A stretch of 64,000 nucleotides of DNA. Source: an uncultured beta proteobacterium (lineage in GTDB: Bacteria > Pseudomonadota > Gammaproteobacteria > Burkholderiales > SG8-41). The first letter of the stretch is position 1, and the number at the start of each line of letters is the position of its first letter. Location of the stretch: assembly GCA_903885665.1 (NCBI GenBank), contig CAISJL010000013.1:4689-68688 (forward strand), written 5' to 3'. The notes under the pieces are model-generated. The model ran no database searches, had not been told where the DNA came from, and saw only the letters and a list, made by a program, of their open reading frames with translations. A program made the position numbers and the translations under genes. Of this stretch, positions 28,911 to 38,523 are shown one piece after another.

Positions 28911-30582
28911 ACCACCGTCAACCATAGAGTCAGCCATTCCTACTCTCAGCATAGCGGACCAACCCGCAATCACTCAGCCTATCCGTCGCCGATGGCTAGC
29001 ATTGCTAACCATCGTTTGGTTGGTTGCGGGGTTGGTGGGACATGACCCGTGGAAGTCCGAGGAGGCACTTCACTTTGGAATCATCTTAGAGATGATCGAA
29101 GGCCAGCAATGGTTAATGCCACACATTGCAGGCCAAGCTGTTTTCGATCATCCGCCACTATTCCATTGGCTTGCTGCAACCAGCGCATGGTTGCTCTCGC
29201 CGCTCCTACCCCTACATGACGGCGCTCGTATCATGAGCGGCCTATTCATGCTGGGCACTTTTAGCATTGCCGCTTTAGCCGCGCGCGAGCTCTACGGCAA
29301 AGACCGCGCAGTGAGCGCAATATTGTTATTAATGGCTTGTCTTGGTTTGATATTGCGCACTCATCAAATTATTCCTGACACCCTAGCCTTGTGCGCTACT
29401 GCAATCACCTACTTCGCCTTAGCACTAGCAGTGCGGCAGCCCTTATGGGCTGGTCTATGGTTGGGTATAGCTTGGGGATTGACGCTGATGAGCGTTGGCA
29501 TTTCCGAAACACTCACCTTAGTGTTAATCAGCTTACTACTTCCCATTTTCAGCCGGCATTGGCGCCACCAATCCTATGGCTATACCATTGCGATAGGGCT
29601 ACTCGTATGCTTACCTTGGTTGCTGTGGTGGCCGCTACTGGTCTATCAGGCAAACCCTACTCACCTCTTGGCTTGGCTGAGCTATGAATGGCAATCATTG
29701 GCATTTACCATTCAGCAATGGCCTAGCACGTGGGCTTTTTATCTGCGCACTGTAACCTGGTATGCGTTTCCAGTATGGCCTCTAACTCTGTGGTCATTAT
29801 GGCGACTATATCGGCTACAGCAACTCCAAAATGCAAATATTGTATTGCCGCTGCTAGGTGCTATTGTGACCTTACTCACACTCAGCGTACATACACAATA
29901 CCGAGAGCTCTACGCCTTGCCCTTGCTGTTACCGTTGATGCTACTAGCATTACCAAGCATTGGGAATCTGCGTAGTGGCACTGCCAATGGCTGGTATTGG
30001 TTTAGTGTGATGGGGTTCACATTCTTTATGATTGTTGGCTGGTTTTATTGGTCAGCGCTTGATTTAGGTCTGCCAGCACGTCTACATCGACACTTACACA
30101 CGATACTGCCTGGTTATGACTTTGGCTGGAATATTGGTCGCTCGCTATTAGCTATGTGTCTGAGCGCCTTGTGGATTGGCGTATTGGCAATCGTTGCACG
30201 TCACCCCTTACGCCCACTCCTGATTTGGACTTCAGGCTTAACGCTCACCTGGGCCTTAGCGAACACCTTGTTTATTGGTTGGGTAGAAAATGCACAAAGC
30301 TATCGCAGCATGTATTCGCAAATGCAACGCGCCCTACCAGCACAGTATCGTTGCTTAAATACACTGGACCTCGGGTTGCCGCAACAGGCCATGTTGCACT
30401 ACTTTGCACAAATTCGACCGGTTCGCGTTGCCGATAGCAATACAGCGAACACCTGTGATCTCTTGTTAACACAAGGTAAGCCTTTAGATGAACTCTTGGT
30501 CTTAGCCCCATGGCAGATCATTTGGGAGGGCAATCGCCCAGGTGACAAAAAAGAACGTTATCGTCTCTATCATAGGCCATAA
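28855..30582 (+). CDS. ArnT-like (GT-C/PMT family) membrane glycosyltransferase; start uncertain
   Basis: GHDPWKSEE, HPPLFHWL, many transmembrane segments, W.G.RPGDKKERYRLY end. The called GTG start overlaps ttuC by 56 nt. Confidence 0.78.
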   Translation: MAEPTLPILAKQLLRRSPKPPSTIESAIPTLSIADQPAITQPIRRRWLALLTIVWLVAGLVGHDPWKSEEALHFGIILEMIEGQQWLMPHIAGQAVFDHPPLFHWLAATSAWLLSPLLPLHDGARIMSGLFMLGTFSIAALAARELYGKDRAVSAILLLMACLGLILRTHQIIPDTLALCATAITYFALALAVRQPLWAGLWLGIAWGLTLMSVGISETLTLVLISLLLPIFSRHWRHQSYGYTIAIGLLVCLPWLLWWPLLVYQANPTHLLAWLSYEWQSLAFTIQQWPSTWAFYLRTVTWYAFPVWPLTLWSLWRLYRLQQLQNANIVLPLLGAIVTLLTLSVHTQYRELYALPLLLPLMLLALPSIGNLRSGTANGWYWFSVMGFTFFMIVGWFYWSALDLGLPARLHRHLHTILPGYDFGWNIGRSLLAMCLSALWIGVLAIVARHPLRPLLIWTSGLTLTWALANTLFIGWVENAQSYRSMYSQMQRALPAQYRCLNTLDLGLPQQAMLHYFAQIRPVRVADSNTANTCDLLLTQGKPLDELLVLAPWQIIWEGNRPGDKKERYRLYHRP

Positions 30583-30586
30583 TCAT

Positions 30587-31468
30587 ATGAACGATACTTT
30601 GCAATGCTTCTTGTTTGAGCACGCACCGATTCGCGGCGAACGCGTCCAACTCAATGCGACTTGGCAGGCAGTGACTACACTGCGCACTTATCCGGCGCCT
30701 TTGCGTCAGATACTTGGTGAGTTAATGGCAGCAGGCTCATTACTCGCTGCAACCCTTAAATTTGATGGCACCCTCATTTTGCAATTACACGGTAGCGGTC
30801 CTGTGCAATTGATCGTTGTCGAATGCACCTCTGAACACACGCTCAGAGCTACCGCCAAGTGGTCAGGCGGCATTAGCAATGTCGGACTTCGCCAATTACT
30901 CGGTAACGGGCGCTTTGTAATTAACCTAGTACCGCGCTCAGGCCAGCAAAGTTACCAAGGTGTTGTTGAACTCAATGCGGATAGTGTTGCCGAGATTATT
31001 GAGCACTACATGAAGACCTCAGAACAAATTGACACCAAGATCTGGCTCTCTGCGAATGCGCAACAAGCAGCAGGTTTGCTGTTACAGAAATTACCGGAAG
31101 CTGAAAGTCCTGACGTAGACGCATGGAATCGAGTCGGGCTGTTAGCGTCCACTGTAACTTCATTTGAACTACTCAACCTCCCAACGCAGCAACTCTTAGG
31201 ACGTCTGTTCCACGAAGAAGATGTGCGTTTATTTGAAGCCAATCCGGTGTGTTTTCGTTGTTCATGCACAGTCGCTCGAGTCGCGGACATGTTGCGCATG
31301 CTCGGTCAGGATGACGTCCAGCAACTGATTGTAGAGCGTGGAGAGGTCGAAATTCTGTGTGACTTTTGCAACCATCGCTATGCCTTTGATGCCGTTGATG
31401 CCGCGCAAATTTTCGCACAACCCGCACAAACGCCACCCATTCCAAGCCCAGACCTCACCCGCCACTAA
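30587..31468 (+). CDS. hslO: Hsp33 redox-regulated chaperone
   Basis: YQGVV, SEQIDT, GLLLQKLP, CRCS-like FRCSC and CDFC zinc motifs. Start ATG 30587. Confidence 0.93.
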   Translation: MNDTLQCFLFEHAPIRGERVQLNATWQAVTTLRTYPAPLRQILGELMAAGSLLAATLKFDGTLILQLHGSGPVQLIVVECTSEHTLRATAKWSGGISNVGLRQLLGNGRFVINLVPRSGQQSYQGVVELNADSVAEIIEHYMKTSEQIDTKIWLSANAQQAAGLLLQKLPEAESPDVDAWNRVGLLASTVTSFELLNLPTQQLLGRLFHEEDVRLFEANPVCFRCSCTVARVADMLRMLGQDDVQQLIVERGEVEILCDFCNHRYAFDAVDAAQIFAQPAQTPPIPSPDLTRH

Positions 31469-31499
31469 TGTTGCGCATGCACCTTGACTGCCTCATAAC

Positions 31500-31526
31500 T
31501 GCCCTTTCTGCCCTTTCTGCCCTTTC
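31500..31526. repeat. 9-bp tandem repeat x3
   Basis: (TGCCCTTTC)3. Confidence 0.85.
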
Positions 31527-31674
31527 CGACCATCCTCCCTTCCCCTCCTTTATGACCGGCTGACCCTCGACACAGTCCATCACCTCGCGTAAACTTTTGC
31601 TAGATACTGATTGCAACATTCTACATAGCGAAATACTAAAATATCTTTTAATTCAATATCTTACAGGAAATATT

Positions 31675-32865
31675 ATGAATCCAGATCGCGAAGTCGTCGT
31701 ACTCAGTGGGGTTCGAACTGCAATTGCTGACTATGGTGGCGGATTAAAAGATATCGCACCCACTCAATTAGCCGGACTCGTCGTCAAAGAAGCGGTGAGA
31801 CGCGCACAAATCCAACCTACAAATGTCGGTCAGTTAGTATTTGGCAACGTCATCCATGGTGAAGCAAAAGATATGTATTTCTCACGAGTCGCTTGTATTA
31901 ACGGCGGCTTACCCGAAACGACCACTGCACTAACCGTCAATCGACTCTGCGGTAGCGGCTTACAAGCTATCGTCTCTGCTGCCCAAAGTATTTTACTCAA
32001 AGACTGCGACGCGGCCGTTGCAGGTGGCGCAGAGTCAATGAGTCGCGGCGGCTATTTGCTGCCCAATTTACGCTGGGGACAGCGCATGGGCGATGGCAAT
32101 ACTATAGACATGATGGTAGGCGCACTCACCGACCCGTTTGATGCCGTGCATATGGGCATTACTGCAGAGAATATTGCCACTCAGTGGCAGATTTCGCGGG
32201 CAGCACAAGATCACTTTGCTATCGAGAGTCATCGCCGTGCGCTACATGCCATCGAAAAAGGCTACTTTAAAGATCAAATTCTGCCCATCGAAATCAAAAC
32301 ACGCAAAGGCGTCACGGTATTCGATCAGGACGAGCACCCACGTGCTGGCTTAAGCCTAGCAGACCTAGAAAAACTCAAGCCCGCATTCAAACGAGAAGGG
32401 GGATCTGTCACTGCCGGCAACGCTTCGGGGATCAACGATGGTGCTGCTGCAGTGGTGTTAATGGAACGATCCGCCGCCAAGACAGCGGGCCTACAACCGA
32501 TTGCGCGACTGGTCTCCTATGGTCTGGCCGGTGTAGATCCTAAAATCATGGGCATCGGTCCCGTCAATGCTGTACGTCACGCGCTGCAACGCGCTGGACT
32601 GCAGATTGAGGACATGGATGTCATCGAGTCTAACGAAGCATTTGCGGTGCAAGCACTGGCCGTTGCGTGCGACCTTAAACTGGATGCACAAAAAACCAAC
32701 CCGAACGGTGGGGCAGTAGGTCTAGGCCATCCGATTGGTGCAACAGGCGCCATTCTGACGGTGAAAGCACTCTATGAGCTTCAACGTACTGCCAAACGCT
32801 ATGCACTAGTCACCATGTGCATTGGTGGCGGCCAGGGTATTGCTGCAATTTTTGAAAGACTCTAA
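31675..32865 (+). CDS. bktB: Beta-ketothiolase (acetyl-CoA C-acyltransferase), BktB-like
   Basis: REVVVLSGVRTAI, NRLCGSG, NEAFA, GHPIGATG, CIGGGQG. Start ATG 31675. Confidence 0.87.
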   Translation: MNPDREVVVLSGVRTAIADYGGGLKDIAPTQLAGLVVKEAVRRAQIQPTNVGQLVFGNVIHGEAKDMYFSRVACINGGLPETTTALTVNRLCGSGLQAIVSAAQSILLKDCDAAVAGGAESMSRGGYLLPNLRWGQRMGDGNTIDMMVGALTDPFDAVHMGITAENIATQWQISRAAQDHFAIESHRRALHAIEKGYFKDQILPIEIKTRKGVTVFDQDEHPRAGLSLADLEKLKPAFKREGGSVTAGNASGINDGAAAVVLMERSAAKTAGLQPIARLVSYGLAGVDPKIMGIGPVNAVRHALQRAGLQIEDMDVIESNEAFAVQALAVACDLKLDAQKTNPNGGAVGLGHPIGATGAILTVKALYELQRTAKRYALVTMCIGGGQGIAAIFERL

Positions 32866-32926
32866 ATCAAGCGCATACCGATTTTATGATCGATCTACTA
32901 TGACTGAGTTTTGTTGTTGATTTTAA

Positions 32927-32954
32927 GATTGCCAAGCACACCCGCTTGGCAATC
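32927..32954. terminator. Perfect 11-bp inverted repeat after bktB (hairpin or operator)
   Basis: GATTGCCAAGC-N6-GCTTGGCAATC; no U-tract. Confidence 0.4.
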
Positions 32955-32993
32955 GATGATGCGCTTATTATAAAAAACTGAGGAGATCTCGCT

Positions 32994-33338
32994 ATGCTCA
33001 AAACGCGGCGCATCTTACTGATTTTATTGGCTAATTTAACCTTGATTCCAGTGCCTGCCATGGCCGCAAGGTATCCGGACAAGCCCGTGTGCATTATTGG
33101 ACGCGCCGCAAGCCCAGGGCGTGACATCATCTCCAGAGTGCAGGCTGATCGCCCCTTCAGGACTTCAAACCCACGCGCCGTGGTCGATGCGCAACCTGGT
33201 GCGGCAGGTGAGATTAGTATTCACTTAGCGCTACAAGCAATTACAGTTGATAATGATCACACAACGCTAGGCACCGCCTACCGCGATCACACTCAAAAAA
33301 TTCACGCTGTCATCAAAAATGCAAAGGTTGAATCGTGA
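32994..33338 (+). pseudogene. Internally deleted Bug/TctC remnant (114 aa, still in frame)
   Basis: GAGGAG RBS, signal peptide, YPDKPV.II...G.DIISR...VVDAQPGAAGEI (Bug N-terminus) joined to R....KIHAVIKNAKV (Bug C-terminal helix). Confidence 0.65.
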
Positions 33339-34552
33339 CCACCACAACTAACCCCACTGGATTTAGCACCGCTGTACGCGTACTGCTGAACGTCGGTCAC
33401 GCCGTCGATCATATGTTTTTGTTGATCTTCGCTACCGCAGTATCAACCATGGCTACGGCCTTTGGCTTTAACAATTGGGCAGAACTCATGCCCTATAGCG
33501 TTGGTGCTTTTATTATGTTTGGTGCTGGCGCACTACCAGCAGGCCGCTTAGGTGATTTATGGGGGCGGCGCAAAATGATGATTATCTTTTTTATTGGCAT
33601 GGGCTGTAGTGCCATCTTGGTCGCCATGACCCAAAGTGTATTACAACTGACACTCGCGCTGGCTCTTCTGGGCACGTTCTCCGCCATCTACCATCCCGTC
33701 GGCATTCCGATGTTAGTGCAAAACGTACCCAATCCAGGTGCTGTAATTGGACTCAACGGCCTAGCGGGTAACCTAGGCATTGCCATTGCAGCACTGGTGA
33801 CCGGACTCTTGGTAAAATGGTTGGGTTGGCGTGCCGCTTTTGTAATACCTGGAATCATTGCGATTGCTTGTGGCATTTTATTTGCCTGGCTCTGTCCACA
33901 AGAGACTGAAGCTCCGGCAAAGCGTCACTCTGGCAAAGCACAAGTCGCACTAAGTCCACGGTTATTAGCGCGCGCTTTTGCGGTCATGACTGCTGCTGCA
34001 GCAGTTAGCACCATACTCTTTAACTTCACCACCAATGGCAATGCGCAACTCTTAACCGAACGATTTATTGGCGTCATTGAAGACCCTGCGACCATCGGCC
34101 TACTTTTGGCCAGCATTTACACCGTAGCCTCTATCGCACAACTCGTGGTAGGTCGACTTATTGACCGCATGCCCTTCAAGCCCTTGCAACTGTGGATGTC
34201 TATCATCCAAGTACCGCTTCTGCTTATTGCCGCCTACACCCAAGACTGGGGGCTTTATGTCAGCCTGTTGATCGTCATGATTTTTGTATTTGGTTCAATT
34301 CCATTTACCGATGCCATGATCGTACGCTATGTCGATGATCGAATGCGCTCACGCGTTGCAGGAATGCGGCTCACCGTCGCATTGGGTTTTAGTTCAATCG
34401 CAGTATGGATGCTAGGGCCTATGGTGAAAAGCATTGGGTTTAGTCATGCCTTATTAATCATGGCATTGATTGCCTTGATTAAAACTGCAATTGTCTGGCT
34501 CTTACCTGACGAACCGAAAGCGGAAGTCACATCTAGCGCATCGCCCTCATAG
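33335..34552 (+). CDS. MFS transporter
   Basis: GHAVDH, GRLGDLWGRR, AIYHPVG; GTGA overlap with the upstream ORF. Confidence 0.9.
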   Translation: MTTTTNPTGFSTAVRVLLNVGHAVDHMFLLIFATAVSTMATAFGFNNWAELMPYSVGAFIMFGAGALPAGRLGDLWGRRKMMIIFFIGMGCSAILVAMTQSVLQLTLALALLGTFSAIYHPVGIPMLVQNVPNPGAVIGLNGLAGNLGIAIAALVTGLLVKWLGWRAAFVIPGIIAIACGILFAWLCPQETEAPAKRHSGKAQVALSPRLLARAFAVMTAAAAVSTILFNFTTNGNAQLLTERFIGVIEDPATIGLLLASIYTVASIAQLVVGRLIDRMPFKPLQLWMSIIQVPLLLIAAYTQDWGLYVSLLIVMIFVFGSIPFTDAMIVRYVDDRMRSRVAGMRLTVALGFSSIAVWMLGPMVKSIGFSHALLIMALIALIKTAIVWLLPDEPKAEVTSSASPS

Positions 34553-34687
34553 CAATACATCGGTCGTGAGTTGATCTGTGCACTGCTAGCAGGAGTTACT
34601 AACCCCAACCCCTTGCTCTCTTTGTTATTGATGACTTGCTCTTAGTGAGTGTGCCTTATTCACTGGGGTAGTTCATCATCTCATTAA

Positions 34688-34735
34688 TTGATCATCTAAG
34701 CATTTGATCACCTAAGCACTTCGTCCATTAAGCAC
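34688..34735. repeat. Degenerate 16-bp tandem repeat x3 spanning a stop codon
   Basis: TTGATCATCTAAGCAT / TTGATCACCTAAGCAC / TTCGTCCATTAAGCAC. Confidence 0.7.
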
Positions 34736-36179
34736 TAACGACCAATGCCTTAAAGGCAATCGCTAATTGTGCAGCGGCTTGATCTAATTGCGCCTTGCGC
34801 GCAACAAGCCAAGCGCGTTCGCCAGTCACAGCCTCACGCTCAGCCGCTAGCATTCGTTGCACCTCTTGAGGCTGTGGCCCACCAATACCACGGCGTCCAT
34901 AGACCATGTATTCTGCGCTACTGATATGGCGGAACTCGACTTCTGTTAAAGGCAAGTCTTGGCCTGCTTCAGCTTGGTAGATTCGGATCACTTCACTAAA
35001 GGGTATATCTTGCAATCGCAACTGATGCGAACGACCATAGTCAGTGAGCTGCGAAGCAAAATGATGACCCGTCCGAAATGGTACATCTGCGCGTTGGGCA
35101 AGCGCGTCGGCAATTTCTGTCGTTGTAGAATAATCCGCATCCACCTCCGCACGCGCCCGCTCTTTATTCACCACTAAACCAGTAATCACCTGACCGAGCA
35201 ACTTAAATACCTGTAAAGCACGGCCACAAGGCACGGGGTCATACATACGATAATCAAACATCCCCGTGCGGTTGTTATGAGAAATCAAAAATACAGTCTG
35301 CAACTCACCCAACATAATGCTCGACTGCGCACGCAACTGCTCTAGCGCCGCCGGATTGCGCTTCTGCGGCATGATGCTACTCACGCCTGTAAGCGCGCCA
35401 CTGGTGAGCAATATCCAGGGCACGGGCTCCGCATATTGAGCATGCAGATCTTGCGCAAACTGGCCGATTTGCACCGCCGCAATGGCTAGTACCCCCGCCA
35501 CTTCTAGCGCGCTATCAACTGAGGCTAAGTGATTGGCATCATAGGCGTTCTCTTGCAAACCATCAAAACCCAATAATTGCGTTATGTAGTGACGGTCGAT
35601 CGGAAAACTCGATGTAGCCAAGGCAGCTGACCCTAGTGGATTACGATTGATACGGGCATAGACTTGTTGTAAACGCTCAGTCTGCCGCCCAAGTGCAGCA
35701 GCTAGGGCGTGTAAATAATGAGCCAGTGTTGTCGGTTGCGCTTGCACGCCATGGGTGTAGGCAGGAATTATCGTCTCAATATGCTGCTCGGTTAAGTCAA
35801 TAATGCGCTCACGCACATCGACCAAGGCACTCACCTCTTGAAATAAACCGTCTCGTAAATTCATGCGCGCAATCGCCGAGGCGAGATCCTGACGACTGCG
35901 ACCGCTATGCAATCGCGATGCATCTGCACCAATTAATGCTGTTAATCGCGGCTCGTAATCCAGGTAGTCTGCAGATCGCCGTGGTGCTTCTGTCGCCGCT
36001 TGCGCGATTAATAGAGCGATCCCCTGTGCAATCTGCCCCGCATAAGGTTGCGGCACAATGCCCGCACTAGCCAACATCACGATGGTGGCTTGATTAATTT
36101 GGTCCAAAAACTCAACTGCTCGCCCACCACTACGAAAAACTTCATTAATATCTAAATTACCACCGTGGGCCGCTTGCAT
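34728..36179 (-). CDS. Argininosuccinate lyase-like protein (aspartase/fumarase superfamily), divergent
   Basis: HSGRSRQD, PAYTHGVQAQP, SSIMPQKRNP, VPFRTGH. Confidence 0.85.
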   Translation of the reverse strand: MQAAHGGNLDINEVFRSGGRAVEFLDQINQATIVMLASAGIVPQPYAGQIAQGIALLIAQAATEAPRRSADYLDYEPRLTALIGADASRLHSGRSRQDLASAIARMNLRDGLFQEVSALVDVRERIIDLTEQHIETIIPAYTHGVQAQPTTLAHYLHALAAALGRQTERLQQVYARINRNPLGSAALATSSFPIDRHYITQLLGFDGLQENAYDANHLASVDSALEVAGVLAIAAVQIGQFAQDLHAQYAEPVPWILLTSGALTGVSSIMPQKRNPAALEQLRAQSSIMLGELQTVFLISHNNRTGMFDYRMYDPVPCGRALQVFKLLGQVITGLVVNKERARAEVDADYSTTTEIADALAQRADVPFRTGHHFASQLTDYGRSHQLRLQDIPFSEVIRIYQAEAGQDLPLTEVEFRHISSAEYMVYGRRGIGGPQPQEVQRMLAAEREAVTGERAWLVARKAQLDQAAAQLAIAFKALVVSA

Positions 36180-36518
36180 TGCAGTGTCCTCATAACCATT
36201 GATCGGGTATCTTCAAGAGCGCTATAGCGTATTCAAATTTCAGCCTTATGGATAGCCCAACGCCAGCGCTCAAGCAACAAGCCCCGCGCGCGCCGCGTCT
36301 GTGCGAATGACTCTCCTTGCAAACTAATAATGCAACCAATTGATTTTATTAGTTTTTATTTTAACCGTTGTGTTGGGTGGCGCTGTCAAAGGTGCAGTTT
36401 AGGACAAAATACTGTATGATAATTGACTGAGCTTGGCACTCTCTGGCTCCTAATTTACCCCTCAGGTTACGGCTTTTTTGCTGATACCGCCCCCTACCCC
36501 TCATAAGGAGTTTTAGCC

Positions 36519-36791
36519 ATGCAGGCGATTCTTGATTACCTTAAGAACAGTGGTGAACGCTTAGATTCCGAGATCGCAGCTGCCACCGGCTTATCTGTTG
36601 CCAATGTTCGCCAACGCCTCACCGCACTCCAAGCTCGTGGCTCTGTCATGCTCTGCCACTCCATCCGCTACCACGATGGTAAGGCCGTTGAAGGCATGCT
36701 GTGTCGAGTCTCAGGCTATATACCGCCGGCAGCACCAGGACGCAAATCCAAAGCGCAAATGCCACCCAAAAGCAATAGTTTGATCGACTAG
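36519..36791 (+). CDS. Small winged helix-turn-helix protein
   Basis: ILDYLK..GE.LDSEIAAATGLS...VR..L..L...G pattern; AAGGAG RBS. Confidence 0.8.
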   Translation: MQAILDYLKNSGERLDSEIAAATGLSVANVRQRLTALQARGSVMLCHSIRYHDGKAVEGMLCRVSGYIPPAAPGRKSKAQMPPKSNSLID

Positions 36792-36892
36792 GCTTGATCG
36801 ACTAAGCTTGGCCAACGCAGCCGGCCGACTCATCGTCATCTAGCTCATACCGATCTCGCTTACACTGCCCCAAACTAACTCAGGGTAAATCA

Positions 36893-37501
36893 ATGCTCAG
36901 ACTCTACGGCTCTGCTAACTCACGTGCGCTGCGCGTGGTCTGGATGTTGCATGAACTCAAGCTACCCTTTGATCACAAGGATTGGTTGCCACGGTCTGCG
37001 GAAACTCGCACAGCTGAATATCAATCGATCAACCCCAATGCGCGGGTACCGACTATCGATGATGATGGATTTATTTTGTCTGAATCGATGGCCATCAATC
37101 TATATCTCGCCAAAAAACATCAAAGTACACTCTACCCCAGCGACCCACAGTCTGAGGCCTTAGTCTGGCAATGGTGTTTGTGGGAGACCGATAGACTAGA
37201 CCGCGCTATCGTGAATTATGTGCGCCATACCGTAGCGCTACCCGCTGCCGAACGCAAAGGTACAATCGCGGCAAGCGCATGGGAAGAAGTTCTGCCTGCG
37301 CTACGCATTCTCGATGGCGCACTCCATCACAGTACTTGGCTTGTCGGCAAACAGTTCTCAGTTGCAGATCTAAATGTGGCGGGCGCCCTATATCGAGCCC
37401 TAAGTATAGACACGCAAGAGTGGCCGCATTTGCATCAGTGGTTGCTGCGATGCTGGGATAGGCCCGCCGCGAAAATTGCCCGCGCCCAACGCGAGCAATA
37501 A
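36893..37501 (+). CDS. Glutathione S-transferase family protein
   Basis: SRALRVVWML.EL, INPNARVP, LSESMAINLYL, FSVADL. Confidence 0.92.
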   Translation: MLRLYGSANSRALRVVWMLHELKLPFDHKDWLPRSAETRTAEYQSINPNARVPTIDDDGFILSESMAINLYLAKKHQSTLYPSDPQSEALVWQWCLWETDRLDRAIVNYVRHTVALPAAERKGTIAASAWEEVLPALRILDGALHHSTWLVGKQFSVADLNVAGALYRALSIDTQEWPHLHQWLLRCWDRPAAKIARAQREQ

Positions 37502-37541
37502 CCTTGCCCATTCAATCAATTAAACAAATAAAATCAAATAG

Positions 37542-38504
37542 TTAGCCGGGCTGAGCTCCGGTCGATTTAACCACTCTTCCCCATTTGTCAATTTCGCTGC
37601 GGATGAACACTGCGAATTGCTCTGGATTCATCGGCATCGGCACGAAGTCATTAGCATCCATTTTCTCTCGGGTCGTGCGCTCCTGCACAATCGCGGCCAT
37701 TTCCTTATAAAGCCGGCCCACAATCTCGGCTGGCGTCTTCGCCGGTGCGACCACACCATACCAAACACTTGCGTCATAACCCTTGAGCCCAGACTCAGAA
37801 ATGGTCGGCAAATTAGGCAGCTTAGCAATACGTTGCGCACTCGAAATCGCTAAGGCCTTTAGGCGACCAGACTTCACCAAAGGCATGGCACCAGGGGTCG
37901 ATGCAAAAGAGAGTTGAATCTGACCAGAAACCAAATCAGTATTTGCGAGCACTGCACCTTTATACGGTACAAACACCATATCAATGTCTGCCATACTTCG
38001 AAACAATTCGGTTGCTAAATGCGCTGCGTTACCAGGCACTGCACCAAAATTCAATTGTCCAGGACGCGCCTTTCCTAAGGCAATCAGTTGTTTAATATTT
38101 GATGCGGGTAATGCTGGATGCACAACCACCACAAACGGTGCGGCAGCAGCTAAAAATATCGGGGCAAAATCTCTAACTGGGTCATAACCTAATTTTGGAT
38201 ACATGCTGACATTAATCGACATCGGGCCTGATGTGCCCATGAACAAGGTATAGCCATCAGGTGGTGATTTAGCCACCAACTCAGCGCCGATATTGCCACC
38301 TGCACCAGGACGATTATCCACCAACACTTGTTGGCCTAGGCGCTCGCCTAATGGTGTGCCAATGAGCCGCGCCAACATATCGGTGGGTCCGCCAGCAACC
38401 AAGGGCACGACCACACGTATCGGGCGAGTCGGATAAGTCATTTGCGCACCGACACTCATCGCCCACAATCCCGCCATTACCATTACCACTGTCCATCGTT
38501 TCAT
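37542..38504 (-). CDS. Bug/TctC family substrate-binding protein
   Basis: YPTRPIRVVVP, DNRPGAGGNIG, PPDGYTL, VPYKG, KWGRVVK. Confidence 0.93.
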   Translation of the reverse strand: MKRWTVVMVMAGLWAMSVGAQMTYPTRPIRVVVPLVAGGPTDMLARLIGTPLGERLGQQVLVDNRPGAGGNIGAELVAKSPPDGYTLFMGTSGPMSINVSMYPKLGYDPVRDFAPIFLAAAAPFVVVVHPALPASNIKQLIALGKARPGQLNFGAVPGNAAHLATELFRSMADIDMVFVPYKGAVLANTDLVSGQIQLSFASTPGAMPLVKSGRLKALAISSAQRIAKLPNLPTISESGLKGYDASVWYGVVAPAKTPAEIVGRLYKEMAAIVQERTTREKMDANDFVPMPMNPEQFAVFIRSEIDKWGRVVKSTGAQPG

Positions 38505-38523
38505 GACTGTAGCCCCGATAAAA

